Of a stretch of 64,000 bases of DNA, positions 25,210 to 36,252 are shown in pieces (within the stretch, counting starts at the first letter, position 1; each line of letters begins with the position of its first letter). Both the position numbers and the translations under genes were made by a program. The notes beneath the pieces are model-generated. The model searched no databases and had not been told where the DNA came from. It saw only the letters and a list, made by a program, of their open reading frames with translations. Location: the NCBI GenBank assembly GCA_024137785.1, contig JAHRHZ010000002.1, positions 636,841-700,840 of the forward strand, read 5' to 3'. Origin of the DNA: Ginglymostoma cirratum (lineage: Eukaryota).

Positions 25210-25900
25210 CAGCAAGTGATAGACAGAGCTAAGCAATTGGACAACCAATGGGTTGACTACGCTCTGCAGTCTTGTCTAACCCAGTCATCATAGGTGGTGA
25301 ACAATGAAACAACTCACTGATAGAGGCTCCACAAATATGTTCATCCTCAATGATGGAAGCACCCAACACATTAGTGCAAAAGCAAAGGCTGAAGCATTGA
25401 CAAAAATCTTCAGCCAGAAGTGCCAAGTGGATGATCTATCTCGACCTCCTCCAGTGGTCCCCAGCATCACAAGTACCAGGCTTCAGTCAATTTGATTCTC
25501 TCTATGTGATATGAAGAAACGGTTGGAGGCAGTGGATGATAAAATGTCTATGGGCCCTAACAACCATTCTATCAATAATGCTATAGACTTGTGCTCCAGC
25601 GCTTGCCACGCCCCTCACCAAGACGTTCCAGTGCAATTACGGCATTGGCATATATCTGTCAATGTGGAAAACTGTCCAAGTATGTTCAGTGCAGAAAAAG
25701 CAGAAAAAAAATCCAACGCAGCCAACTGCCACCCCGTTAGACTCCCCTTAATCATTAGCAAAATGGTGGAAGGTATCATCAACAGTGCTATCAACCAGCC
25801 CGCACTCAATAAACCGCTGAGTGATGCCCAGTATGGGCTCTGCCAGGCCACTCAGTGTCTGTGTTTATTACAGTCTTGATTTAAACATTGGAAAAGAGCT
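25210..25900 (+). mobile_element. Internal fragment of the APE-RT LINE family
   Basis: ILNDGSTQHISAKAKAEALTKIFSQKCQVDD; AANCHPVRLPLIISKMVEGIINSAI..LSDAQYG. Confidence 0.8.
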
Positions 25901-27484
25901 GAAGTGGATCACAAGTCTCAATTATTAACCTCCAGCACCTCCCAAGACCCTGACCTGCTGTGACAGAAATTCTGTTCCGACATGCAATCGCCAGCTAACA
26001 TTTAAGCATATTGCTGCTTTTTGAAAGCTGAAAGTTACTGTACCTTTAAAATGTACCTAGGTTATTGCACTGTCAAAGAGAGAGACCGGTCTTTACAACA
26101 TATCAGGAAATGGATCAGTAACACAATCAATTAATCCAGGTTATTCTTATCCAAAATATTGAAGAAAAACAACTCTTTTCACATTAGATAACGTTTCTTT
26201 CACAACAAGTTCATAACAGGATACATCTGTCTTAAACTTTGCATTTTTTGTCACAGTTTGATGATATCTGACACACATCCTTTCACACCTGATGTGAACA
26301 TTTGCATACTGCAACTTAAATTTGCACACAAACTATTACCGAGTACTTGTTATTAAGAATCAGGAAGGAAAATAAAAACTTAAAACATACATATTTGAGT
26401 CTCATCAACAGGTCTACTCCCCATAACATTCTTCCATCAACACTAATCTCGCTCAGTTGCCAGTGCGCAGACTCTGAACAGGAGCAGAAGAAATAAGAAG
26501 ATTTAATCAAGGGTTTACAAAATTAAGAAGTGCCTTGATGGAGTCAATTGTTTTTCCCTATCTGAGGAGTCAGTGAAGGTAACAAATGATTTTAAGTGGC
26601 GACTAAGTGGGGAGAGAGATGAGGAGGAATTTTTGTCAAGTTGTTTGAACAGAGTGAGGAAGGCGCAAATTAATTCTGATTTTTTAAAGGGGAAATGGGA
26701 CCAATGTTTGATCCTGTGGCAGAGACCTGTTGCTCAGGTTGCAGGGTTAGCAGGATGAGTCTGCCAGGGAACTGGATTCTGCAACAGGTCAGAGACCTTG
26801 AGTAGAACAAGAGGTTCCTAGAAGATTCATTTTTCAACATCACTGCAATACCAGAGAAACAAAGGAACCAGACAAATTCACACTGAATAGTTAATACTGG
26901 AATTGGTCACTGGACAGCAGTTGGACAAGAGGATTGGGAGAAACCATATTTCTCTGAGCAAGGATGAGTCCGAGGGGCTGAATGGCTTAGTTGGGCTTTT
27001 CAATATATAAGGTTCTCTTGTTATTGGGAAGTGAAGCAATGAATAGTGAGCTGCTTCAGGAGAAAAGGAGGTGACTCGAGGAGGAAGAAGGAAGTTTCAC
27101 TCTCTACCTGATCTGACTCTGGCCTGCTCAACGCTGACAAAATTAAACCATTCCTTCCACAAAACAAACAAATCAATTAAGGCCCTGTGCATTAAATGAA
27201 ACTGAATGATTCGACACCAGAGTTATTGACCTCACTACTTGGAATTGTTGTCTTTTCCAGACTGGGTCACAAACCTGGGTTTTTCCAGAGTGAAAAATAT
27301 GTCAAGTGAGAAATCAATGACTATATTCAGTCCAGTCTCTCCCCAGTACGACAGGCCCATAGTTCATGCTGGTTTGGTGCATGTTCAGCCATAAAAATTC
27401 CAGAGTGTGACTTCATACCTCAGGCCAAAGAAAAAGATTCAGGGTGATTCCCCTGAATCAGTAGCTGTGAAAAGGAAACATATC

Positions 27485-27745
27485 TGTCACACAGACATTT
27501 TATAAACATGAGAATGTGACATACAGGGACTTAGAGACAGCCAAAGAAACAGGCACACTGACATAAAAACACACACATTCACAGAGACATACAGTAACAT
27601 AGAAAGAGACAGACAAACATACACAAAACGCATACAAACACACGGATCGAGGCAGACATGAATGCATAATTGAGACAGAAATGAAAACATCCACAGAGAC
27701 AGGGAGAAATACACCAACAGACACAGGGACAAACACAGGCACAAA
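27485..27745. repeat. (CA/GA)-rich low-complexity tract
   Basis: ACACAGAC-type units. Confidence 0.6.
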
Positions 27746-28011
27746 TCTGTATTATTTTCATACTTACGGTTTGCCAGATCATAACCAGATTTCTTCTCTC
27801 CTCCTCAAAGAGACAGACAAAAATATAACTTCAGTTGCAGTTCCCTTACACTGCACCGACACAAATTTACTCTGTACACAAGGGTGACATCATTTACACA
27901 TAGCGCCCTCATCATTACCCACACAAATTTACAGTACACACACATGGGAACTTCCATGCCCAATTGGTCCCCAAACCACCTTGGGTAATGTCTCTCAACC
28001 ATGGTAGTATT

Positions 28012-28184
28012 TCAAGCTGCTCTACCTGTCAGCGACAGATCCTGTCCTGATGTCTTCCTTCTCCTCTTCCAGACAACCATACCAATGACAAGACCAATCA
28101 GAACGAGGACAGCAGCAACAATTCCAACATCCAAATGGTTATTTGTTCCCTGTCGAGATCTTGGAGGTAGTTGAAATGCCTCAA
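28012..28184 (-). CDS. MHC class I heavy chain exon 5: connecting peptide, transmembrane, cytoplasmic start
   Basis: Acceptor CCACAG|28184, phase 1; VEAFQLPPRSRQGTNNHLD-VGIVAAVLVLIGLVIGMVVW-KRRRKTSGQDLSLTGRAA*; possible donor ACAG|GTAGAG at 28026 would lead to further tail exons. Confidence 0.75.
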
Positions 28185-28689
28185 CTGTGGTGGTGGTGGT
28201 GGTGGAGGAGGAAGGGAGGGAAGGGGAGGGTAAACAATTGAGGAGGAGATCAATGATCAATGAATAATCACAATCACTGCTCAGTGAGAAACAGTTGTAC
28301 CAAGGCTGAGTCTGCATCTTGAATACAATCTATGATGTGATCAGTCATCTCACTGGAGTATGATATTGGTTAGAAATCAATGTGCACTGTGGCAGGGATT
28401 ACACTCTTGTGAAACACTTTAGGGAGGGAGATAATTAAATGAAGATTGATTTCTTTTCACAGACTTTAGAATACTCATCATTCCAAGCTCCATTCTAATC
28501 ACCGACATGAGTGATGAATCACCAGAACAACCTCACAATTAATCCCCTTTCCGGATGCACAATCAATTTATCCACTTCCCAGTCTCACAATCTCTTTGTG
28601 GAAGTAATGGGAGTTTTAAGGTTTCTAGTGGAGCAAAGAAGTGATGACATGATTATTCATAGATCCTGTTACAGCCTTGGAATGCTTGC

Positions 28690-30480
28690 TCTGTGGAATG
28701 AAGTGAGATAAGGGGTGCTGGTTTTGTGGGAAACCATTTAGGAAACACTGATTACAGTATCAAGGATAGGAATGGCTCTGGAAAAGGATATGTAAAAATT
28801 AGAAGGTTAAAAAAGGGGGTTGGCCCAGGTGAATTTCTCAACATGAAGCAGTTAAAGAGCAGACGAGGAGGAGTAGGGTTGGTTAAGATGAAAAGAAGGG
28901 TTATCTTATTTGGTACATTATATATGCCCTCTGTCTACACGTGTGTTTAAAATCGAGCTTGACTAAAGATGACGCTATCAATGAAACACTAGCGAAGAAG
29001 GTTGTGTGGGAATCAGATGGAATAAAAATAGATTGAGAAAAGGAACGGAGGTAAAAAGAACTGAAAGTCAAAAATGTCCTCTTGGCTGATGGGATGCATT
29101 TCAGGTTACTGAGGAAATGAAAGGTGAGGACTGCACAGGCCCTGATCACCATCTTCTTACCTTTCTCATATGAGGGAGATGTCAGAAGGTTGGAAAATCA
29201 CTAAGACTACACTCCAGGAGGACAGAGATAAACCTGGAAACTATTGACCAGTCACTATAACATCAACTGCTGAATAACTCAGACAATAGGAATAGGAAGT
29301 GACAATTCAGCCCATTTGTATCTGTTCCACCATTTGGAGAGATCACAGGTGATCTCTATCTGAACTACTTATTTCTTAATACTTTTAACAATCCAAAACT
29401 TTGTCCGTATCAGATTTGAAATTTATTGAGCGAATTCTGCTTTGTTTTGTAGAAGAGAGCTCTACACTGCAAAGAGGTGTTTTCAAGTGTCTCTCCTGGA
29501 TGTGCAGGCTTTCTCCTTTTTCCTGCACTCCCGATCACAAAAAAGCAATCAGTTCCATCTACCTTATCAACAATTCCTTTCAGAATCCTAAAATACTCGA
29601 TAAAATCACCATGAACCTACTCCACCCCAGTGAAGACCAGACTGGTATAAGTCAGCTTTCCTCATAATTAAACTCCTAAAATTGTGCAACATTTGAGTAA
29701 GTCTGTGCTGAACTCCTTCCAATACCTTTCTATCGGTATCTTTCTGATGGAGCAGTACCAAGAACAACATAAGAATTTAACTATACTCCAGATGTGACCC
29801 TAATTATAGCTAAACTATTAAATGAACACATGGCACCTGTCTTCCCAAAGAAAGTAGATGATTTAGTGACAGTAAACTTGGAGACAGAAGTTATGGACAG
29901 GGTAGTGATAAATGGAAAGATGTTTGAAAGTGGTTAGATTTATTATTTATTGGTTCCAGATGGAATGCGTCAGAGATTACTGAAAGAAGCTCATATGTAA
30001 ATGGCTGAAACTGGTCACATCTTTCAATCTTCGTTGGATACCGGTGTGAACCTGGAAGAGGGGAGATTCATTCCTGTTACAACATCATTCACTGAGAGAA
30101 GGATAAACCCAGGAAAGTACAGGGCAGACAGTCTAACAGCACTGGAAATTATCATAAGACGCAAAATCAAGTTTCATTTGGAAAGGCATGGATTAAGGGA
30201 AGTTATGCCTGATTAACTTGGTGGAAATCTTCGAAGTAGTAGCAGGGAAGATTGATCAAGTTTGTGCAGTACATATTATATCCATGAACTTGTTAAAAAA
30301 TTCAACAAATTACCACAAAGGAGGTTTATTAAGGTGGTGCTGGCAAATGGAATTAAGGGATAAGAAATTAGCTTTGTAACAATGAAAAGATGGAGATGAA
30401 TAAAGGTCTTTCAGACTGAAAGATGGTTTGCAATAATGTTCCCAAGTGTCCCCAAGCTATGAGCATATTACTCTTTGCAA
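28690..30480. mobile_element. Patchwork of old CR1 fragments in MHC intron 4
   Basis: Plus-strand ORF2 remnants (GGVGLVK, LFGTLY, PGKYR) with a minus-strand 3' end at ~29285-29800. Confidence 0.55.
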
Positions 30481-30611
30481 GTCTCATTACACATTTGTGG
30501 CTAAGAAGCTATACGTCCGTTAGAGTGCTGAAATAGCTGCATCAAAGGGCAAAACAGTGCATAATTGACAGCTCTGTCTGTCTGAGCAATTTTATCAATT
30601 ATGCAGACATA

Positions 30612-30802
30612 ATAGGTACTGCAGATGCTGGAGAATCCGAGATAACAAGGTGTGGAGCTGGATGAACATAGCAGGCAAAGCAGCATCATAGGAGCAGGAA
30701 AGCTTGACGTTTCAGACCTAGACTCTAGGCCCGAAACGTCAAGCTTTCCTGCTCCTATGATGCTTCTTCGCCTGTGTTCATCCAGCTCCACACCTTGTTA
30801 TC
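30612..30802. mobile_element. Fold-back PLE-tail element in MHC intron 4
   Basis: GATAACAAGGTGTGGAGCTGGATGAACA..AAGCTTGACGTTTC / GAAACGTCAAGCTT..TGTTCATCCAGCTCCACACCTTGTTATC; centre GACCTAGACTCTAGGCCC. Confidence 0.9.
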
Positions 30803-31332
30803 AATTACATAATTTGTTTTGTATAAATAAAGAGGTTTCAATACTAAGAGTTTCTGCTTTCCAAAGGTCTGAATCCTTGCCATTTTTTTTAAATCAAGCT
30901 GCAGTGAAGGGAGTTTTTATAAATCAGTGATTGACTGCTTTATAAAACCTACACTAACACATATGGTTGCCACATTGCTGGTCAGATACAGAGGTTATAG
31001 TAAATGAATGGGCCATAGTATTACCACAGATTTGCATTGTGACATGTAGGGTCAGTGTGACAGTGGGGCACAGTTTAGAATTGGCAGCGTGTGAGAAATC
31101 TTTTAACCTCATATTTCAAAGTTGACACTGAAACCCCAGTCCCTCAAACAGACACTGGTCCCACAGTCTCTGACACACACCATACGCCAAAGACCCTGAC
31201 ACAGGCACATTTATTCCCCCCCACAGTCCCTGACAGACACTCTCACACTATCTTCCGCAGTCCTTGACACACACTGTTTCTCACAGTCACCCATATATAT
31301 ATTCTATCCCCAGCAGTCACTATTGCTCTTAC

Positions 31333-31605
31333 CCCACTGTCTGGTCTCCACTCCTTTGCTGCCGTGTTCATACTGACAGGAATAAGTGGCTCTGTCTTCC
31401 AATTCGATTACTGCCCATCTCCTGAATTGGTAAGTGCCATTGTGGTTGGGCAGAATTCCAGTGGAGTACGTTTCCCCAATTGGTGTGCCATTTTTTAGAA
31501 GAATGACTTCAATATCTCGAGGGTAAAATCCTGTCACGAGACAGGACAGTTGGACTGATTCAGTTGCTGATGTGATATCCACAGTAAGGAACATCTGAGG
31601 AGCAA
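31333..31605 (-). CDS. MHC class I heavy chain exon 4 (alpha3, C1-set Ig domain)
   Basis: 273 nt, TTTCTCAG| and |GTAAGA, phase 1/1; APQMFLTV..LSCLVTGFYPRDIEV..STGILPNHNGTYQ..YSCQYEH..RQW. Confidence 0.95.
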
Positions 31606-32236
31606 CTGAGAAAGTGAAACAGATCAGAATCAGGTCAGCGAGACACAGGCATTAATAAATACCTCTTTAAACTGGAGTCTGACCCAGATCTGAAGGAATC
31701 ATAAATACCCCTTTAATCTGGGGTTAGACCCTGACCCCAAGGAATTGTAAATACCAATATAATCTGGGGATTAGACCTTTTATCAAGAGATAACATAACG
31801 AATGTCATTCAACACTGATTGACAGGCTGTCATCTCAATCTCAGCTCCTACCAACCCCCAATTCTCAGTCCTGACGACTCTCAGTTGCCCACTCTTCACA
31901 CTCATTCTCACCCCCTACCTCAGTTCCAATTAACCTCCACACTCTCAATTGCCCATCCCGAACTCCGAGTTGCACGTCAACCTCAGTTCCCCCTCACTCA
32001 CAGTCACCCCAAACCCTCACCTTCATTCAGCTGTAAGGGTTTAAGAAGGTGATGGTGTTGTGGTAATGTCAATGGACTAGCGATTCAGAACCCCAGGCCA
32101 ATCTTCTTAGCAATAAATGCTTGCCAAGCCAGCAGTACCCACATTTCATAAATGAATTTTAAAAAAACTCCCTCACTCTTAGACACTCGCACTCTCAGTT
32201 CTCCACCATCTCCCCATCCCTCACTCACTCACTCAC

Positions 32237-32509
32237 TCGGTTTTAACCCTCTCTCTCCCTGTTGCAAGTATGTTTTCAGCCACTCGATGCAGGTTCTCTC
32301 CAGGTAAACCTTCCTCTGCAGATTTCTGGCCTTGTCCTGGTCCCACTTGTTCTTGGTAATCAGTCCCCAGGATACTGGAGTCACCCACACCATGTGCTCC
32401 TTGTCAAAGCTAATGTAGTCCTGGCCATCCCAGCCTTCCTGGTGAAATCCATCGCTTTTCCCATCTGTCTGGAGCTCACAGCCGTACATCACCTGGACTG
32501 CGTGGATCC
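32237..32509 (-). CDS. MHC class I heavy chain exon 3 (alpha2)
   Basis: 273 nt, TACCAG| and |GTGAGT; GIHAVQVMYGCEL..GWDGQDYISFD..ITKNKWD..YLERTCIEWLKTYL. Confidence 0.97.
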
Positions 32510-32659
32510 CTGGTAATCAAACACACATACAGCCAATCAGCAATCGTTGCTGTGAGAACCCACCTACCCTGACCTGTCAGTCAGCAGGGAGGGCTGAGTG
32601 GAAGGATGTAACCTTCCTCAGTTCCTTCTACTCTCGAACAGTCTCCAAGGATTGAAAAG

Positions 32660-33580
32660 AAGGTAACATAACAATGCTGTCTGAAAAAGAGGCAGAATCC
32701 AGAGAGCTATAGCCTTATATCAGTCACAGGCAAAATACTGAAACCTGTTATTAGGATCACGGTAACAGGATAATAATCTGATTACAGAGTTAACATGGAT
32801 TTATCGTAGGGACATAATGTTTGACCAATCTATTTCAGCGTTTCAATGACATAATGAATATGATAAATAATGGGAGAGACAATGCCCTCTAGTTTTGGAC
32901 TCCCCTACCCTGGGGAAAAGACCTTGATGATTCACTCCATCCATTCGCCTTATGATTTTATAAACATCTATAACGTCACCCCTCAGGCTCTGTTAGTATA
33001 TAGTATTTGAATTTCAGATCAGTTTTGATAAGGTGCTAGATAAAAGGTTATTCCAGAAAATAAGGATTCATGGGATTCAGGACTGATTAATGGACAAAAT
33101 GCAGAGAGTCAGGTTAAATAGGTCATATTCAGATTGGCAAGCTGGAACTAGCAAGGACCCTGTAAGGATCAGTACCCAAGTCAGCCCTGAGGACACAGAG
33201 ATAGCAAGAACTGCAGATGCTGGAGTCAGAGTCAACACAGTGTGGAGCTGGAGGAAGATAGCAGGTCAGGCAACATCAGAGCAGCAGTTCGGATGAAAGG
33301 TCCCGACCCAAAACATCGACTCTCCTGCTCCTCTGATGCTGCCTGACCTGCTGTGTTCCTCCAGCTCCGCAGTGTGTTGAGCCTAAGAACATAATGTTGC
33401 TGAGGGATGTAGAAAAGATGTAGGATAGGGCAGTCAGAATACAATGCATACAAGCATTAAATTAGTAGAAAAACAGGAAAAGCAGCATTTTTTTGGAATG
33501 GTGAAGGAGTGAGGAATATTTACAATTGGAGGGATATAGGTATTCCCTGTTTGTCGAATCACAGGATGGTTACGGCATAG
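32660..33580 (+). mobile_element. Old CR1 RT fragments in MHC intron 2
   Basis: HGF..CLTNL, FDKV, QRVRLNRSYSDW remnants, interrupted by younger inserts. Confidence 0.55.
33198..33380. mobile_element. Fold-back PLE-tail element in MHC intron 2
   Basis: TCAACACAGTGTGGAGCTGGAGGAA / TTCCTCCAGCTCCGCAGTGTGTTGA arms; centre TTCGGATGAAAGGTCCCGACCCAAAACATC. Confidence 0.8.
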
Positions 33581-33589
33581 AGGGATCCA

Positions 33590-34395
33590 TACTGTCATAG
33601 ACATGGAGAGCATGGAAACACACTGTACCAACCAAATACCCTAAATTAATCCAGTCCCTTTTGCCAGTATTGGCCCATATCCCTCTAAACCCTTTCTATT
33701 CATGTACCCATTCAGACACCTTTTAAATGTTGGAAGTGTACCAGCCTGCACCATTTCCTCTGGCAGTTCATTCCATACACACCCCACCCTTTGTATGAAA
33801 ATGTTTGCCCCTTAGATCCCTTTTAAATCTTTCCTCTCTCACCTTAAACCTACGCCCTCTAGTTTTGGATTCCCCTACCCTGGGGAAAAGACCTTGATGA
33901 TTCACCCTATTCATTTACCTTATGATCTTATAAATCTCTATAAAGGTCACCCCTCAGCTTCCCATGGTCCAGAGAAAATTGCCTCGGCTTATTTAGCCTC
34001 TCCCTTTAGCCCAACCCTGCAGCCCTGGCAACATCCTTCTAAGTCTTTTCTGAACCCTTCCAAATTCTTTCCTATAGCAAGGAGACCAGACTTGAACGCA
34101 GCGTTCCCATACTGGCCTAACCATTGCCTGTGCAGCCACATGACGTCCCAACATACTCAATGCACTGACCAATAAAGGCAAGTGTACCAAACGCTTTCTT
34201 CACTACTCTGTCTACCTCCCACTCCAAGGAACTGTTAACCTGTGCCCCAAGGTCCCTTTGATTGGCAACACTCCTGAGGACCTCATCATCAAGCATACAA
34301 GTCCTCCCCTGATTTGCCCTACCAATATCTAGCGCCTCACATTTATCTAGATTAAACTCCAGATACCACTCATCATCTGTTGTTTCTGTGCCAGC
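33590..34395 (-). mobile_element. CR1 LINE 3' fragment
   Basis: MVRPVWERCVQVWSPCYRK..RVQKRLRRMLPGL; tail complement CATAGACATGGAGAGCATGGAAAC. Confidence 0.8.
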
Positions 34396-34720
34396 CCTCT
34401 ACAATAGTGACTCAACCAGACCCAATCCACCCACCATTTCAGAGATAAAATGGCAGGGAGTGAAACATAAATGAGTAAGGAAGGGGGAATGGAGAGACAT
34501 GAAGGGTTGAAGAGAATAGAGACATGGGAAATAGGGGCACTTAAGAGGCACGGAGGATGGAGGAATAGATAAACACTGGAATGGGGAAAATAGAGAGACA
34601 CAGAGGATGGGGGTAATAAAAAAAGACAGGGGGAGTGGGGATAACAGAGAAAAATGAGGAATAAGGGTGGGGAATGGGTAACAGACAAACACAAGGGGTC
34701 AGATAGAGGGGTAATCTCAC

Positions 34721-34981
34721 CTCCACTCTGGTTGGTGCGGTTTAAGGCTGTCTGAATATTGGTCAGCCCGATGTGCTCAGAGCTCCTCAGGACCTGAGCC
34801 TGCTGTTCCCAATACTCAGGGCCGTGACATTCTGCCATCCATCGTTGCAGAGGGATCAATTTGCGAAGATCACTGTCATAGTAATCTATCGGAATGTCAT
34901 CGACATAACCAACAGCCAGAAACTTGGGGAGACCATGAATTGGGGTCATTGCAGTGTAGAAATAGCGGAGGGAATGAGAGC
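34721..34981 (-). CDS. MHC class I heavy chain exon 2 (alpha1)
   Basis: 261 nt, TGTTTCAG| and |GTGAGA; GSHSLRYFYTAM..PKFLAVGYVDD..YDSD..GPEYWEQQ..RTNQSG. Confidence 0.97.
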
Positions 34982-35026
34982 CTGAAACAGGGAGAGAGGG
35001 AAACAATAGGACATGTACCTCAAACA

Positions 35027-35730
35027 CGTCACAGAGTTCCTTGTAAATAAAATCTGACATGAGAGACCAGACTATAAATCCCAATGCAAAAGCCCCTGTA
35101 AATAAACCCTACAACAGACAGTCTCCCGTAAGCAACCGTAACACACACAGCCCCCTGTAAATAAACCCTCGACACACAGTCCCTGTAAATAAACCGTCGA
35201 CACAGAACTCCTTCTAAAATAAACCCAAAAACACAGAGAGCCCTATCATTTTTTTTTTCTTTATTCATTCACGGGATGAGGGTGTCGCTGCCCAGGCAGC
35301 ATTTATTGCCCATCCCAAATTGCCCAGCAGGCAGTTCAGAGTCAACCACATTGCTCAGAGTCTGCAGTCACATGTAGGCCAGACCAGGTAAGGATGCAGT
35401 TTCTTTCCCTAAAGGACATTAGTGAACCAGGTGGGTTTTTCCGACAAGTGACAACAGATTAATGGTCTGTTAATTCCAGATATTTATTGAATTGACATTC
35501 CACCATCGGCCATTGCAGGATTTGAACCCAGGTCCCCAGAACATTATCTGGGTCTCTGGATTGATAGTCCACTGATAATATCACTAGACCATCACCTCCC
35601 CTTATGAATGAACCCCAAAACACAGAGACCCCTTGAAGATAAACAATAAAACGCAGAAGGCCCTGTAAATAAACCCTAAAACGCAAAGGGCCCCGCAAAT
35701 AAACCCCAACACCGAGACACCGTAAATAAG
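35027..35730. repeat. Degenerate ~30-bp minisatellite in MHC intron 1, split by a SINE
   Basis: Recurrent ACAGAG..CCCTGTAAATAAACC units at 35027-35247 and 35602-35730. Confidence 0.75.
35249..35601 (-). mobile_element. Full-length tRNA-head bipartite SINE
   Basis: Minus: GGGGAGGTGATGGTCTAGTG (A box), GGTTCAAATCC (B box), body CCTTACCTGGTCTGGCCTACATGTGAC, tail GGGCAATTTGGGATGGGCAATAAATG..GAATGAATAAAG(A)n. Confidence 0.9.
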
Positions 35731-36200
35731 ACCTGACATTGCTCCATTTCCTACTTATTAAAAGGACATTTCTATTATCCAAAGCTCTGGTTAGATTCCT
35801 CAGCAGAACTGCTTTCTGTGTTGGGCATTGCACCTTAATAAGGATAGACTAGTTGAAGTGTGCAGGTCAGCGAGACAGATACTGAGTTTTCAACAAAATA
35901 GCAGAGACCTGGCTTGTATTCCAATGAAATTATTGAGGTGATGAGACTGTTTAAAGGATTTAATTGCAGATTCTGAAAGTGACAGTGTCACAAATACAGG
36001 AATTGATTTTAAAATCATAGCTAAGCTGTTTCTCCAGCCTGACAATGAATGCCCTCCCTGACACCACCACTCACTGAGGTTTAATGTTCTAGTCCCAAAC
36101 CTGGCACAGTGACCCTGTTTGAGTCAATTATCCACTAATAAGAGTTGATGCCCCAACAGCCAGTCCGAAACGGAGAGCCCTCTCTGACCACAGTACCAAC

Positions 36201-36252
36201 CTGCACAGACCACTGCAGACAGAGAGACCAGCATTGTAAGACCAATCATCAT
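36201..36252 (-). CDS. MHC class I heavy chain exon 1 (signal peptide)
   Basis: ATG..MMIGLTMLVSLSAVVCA + G|GTTGGT; the phase-1 donor completes Gly1 (G+GC) of exon 2. Confidence 0.85.

Noticed and set aside
31333-31605. Missing C-strand Trp in alpha3 (IEVILLKNG) as a sign of pseudogenisation
   Set aside because: From recall, shark UAA alpha3 domains also have Leu here; the frame and cysteines are intact
34347-35084. 245-aa ORF as a stand-alone membrane protein
   Set aside because: It is the alpha1 exon read through into pyrimidine-rich intron sequence
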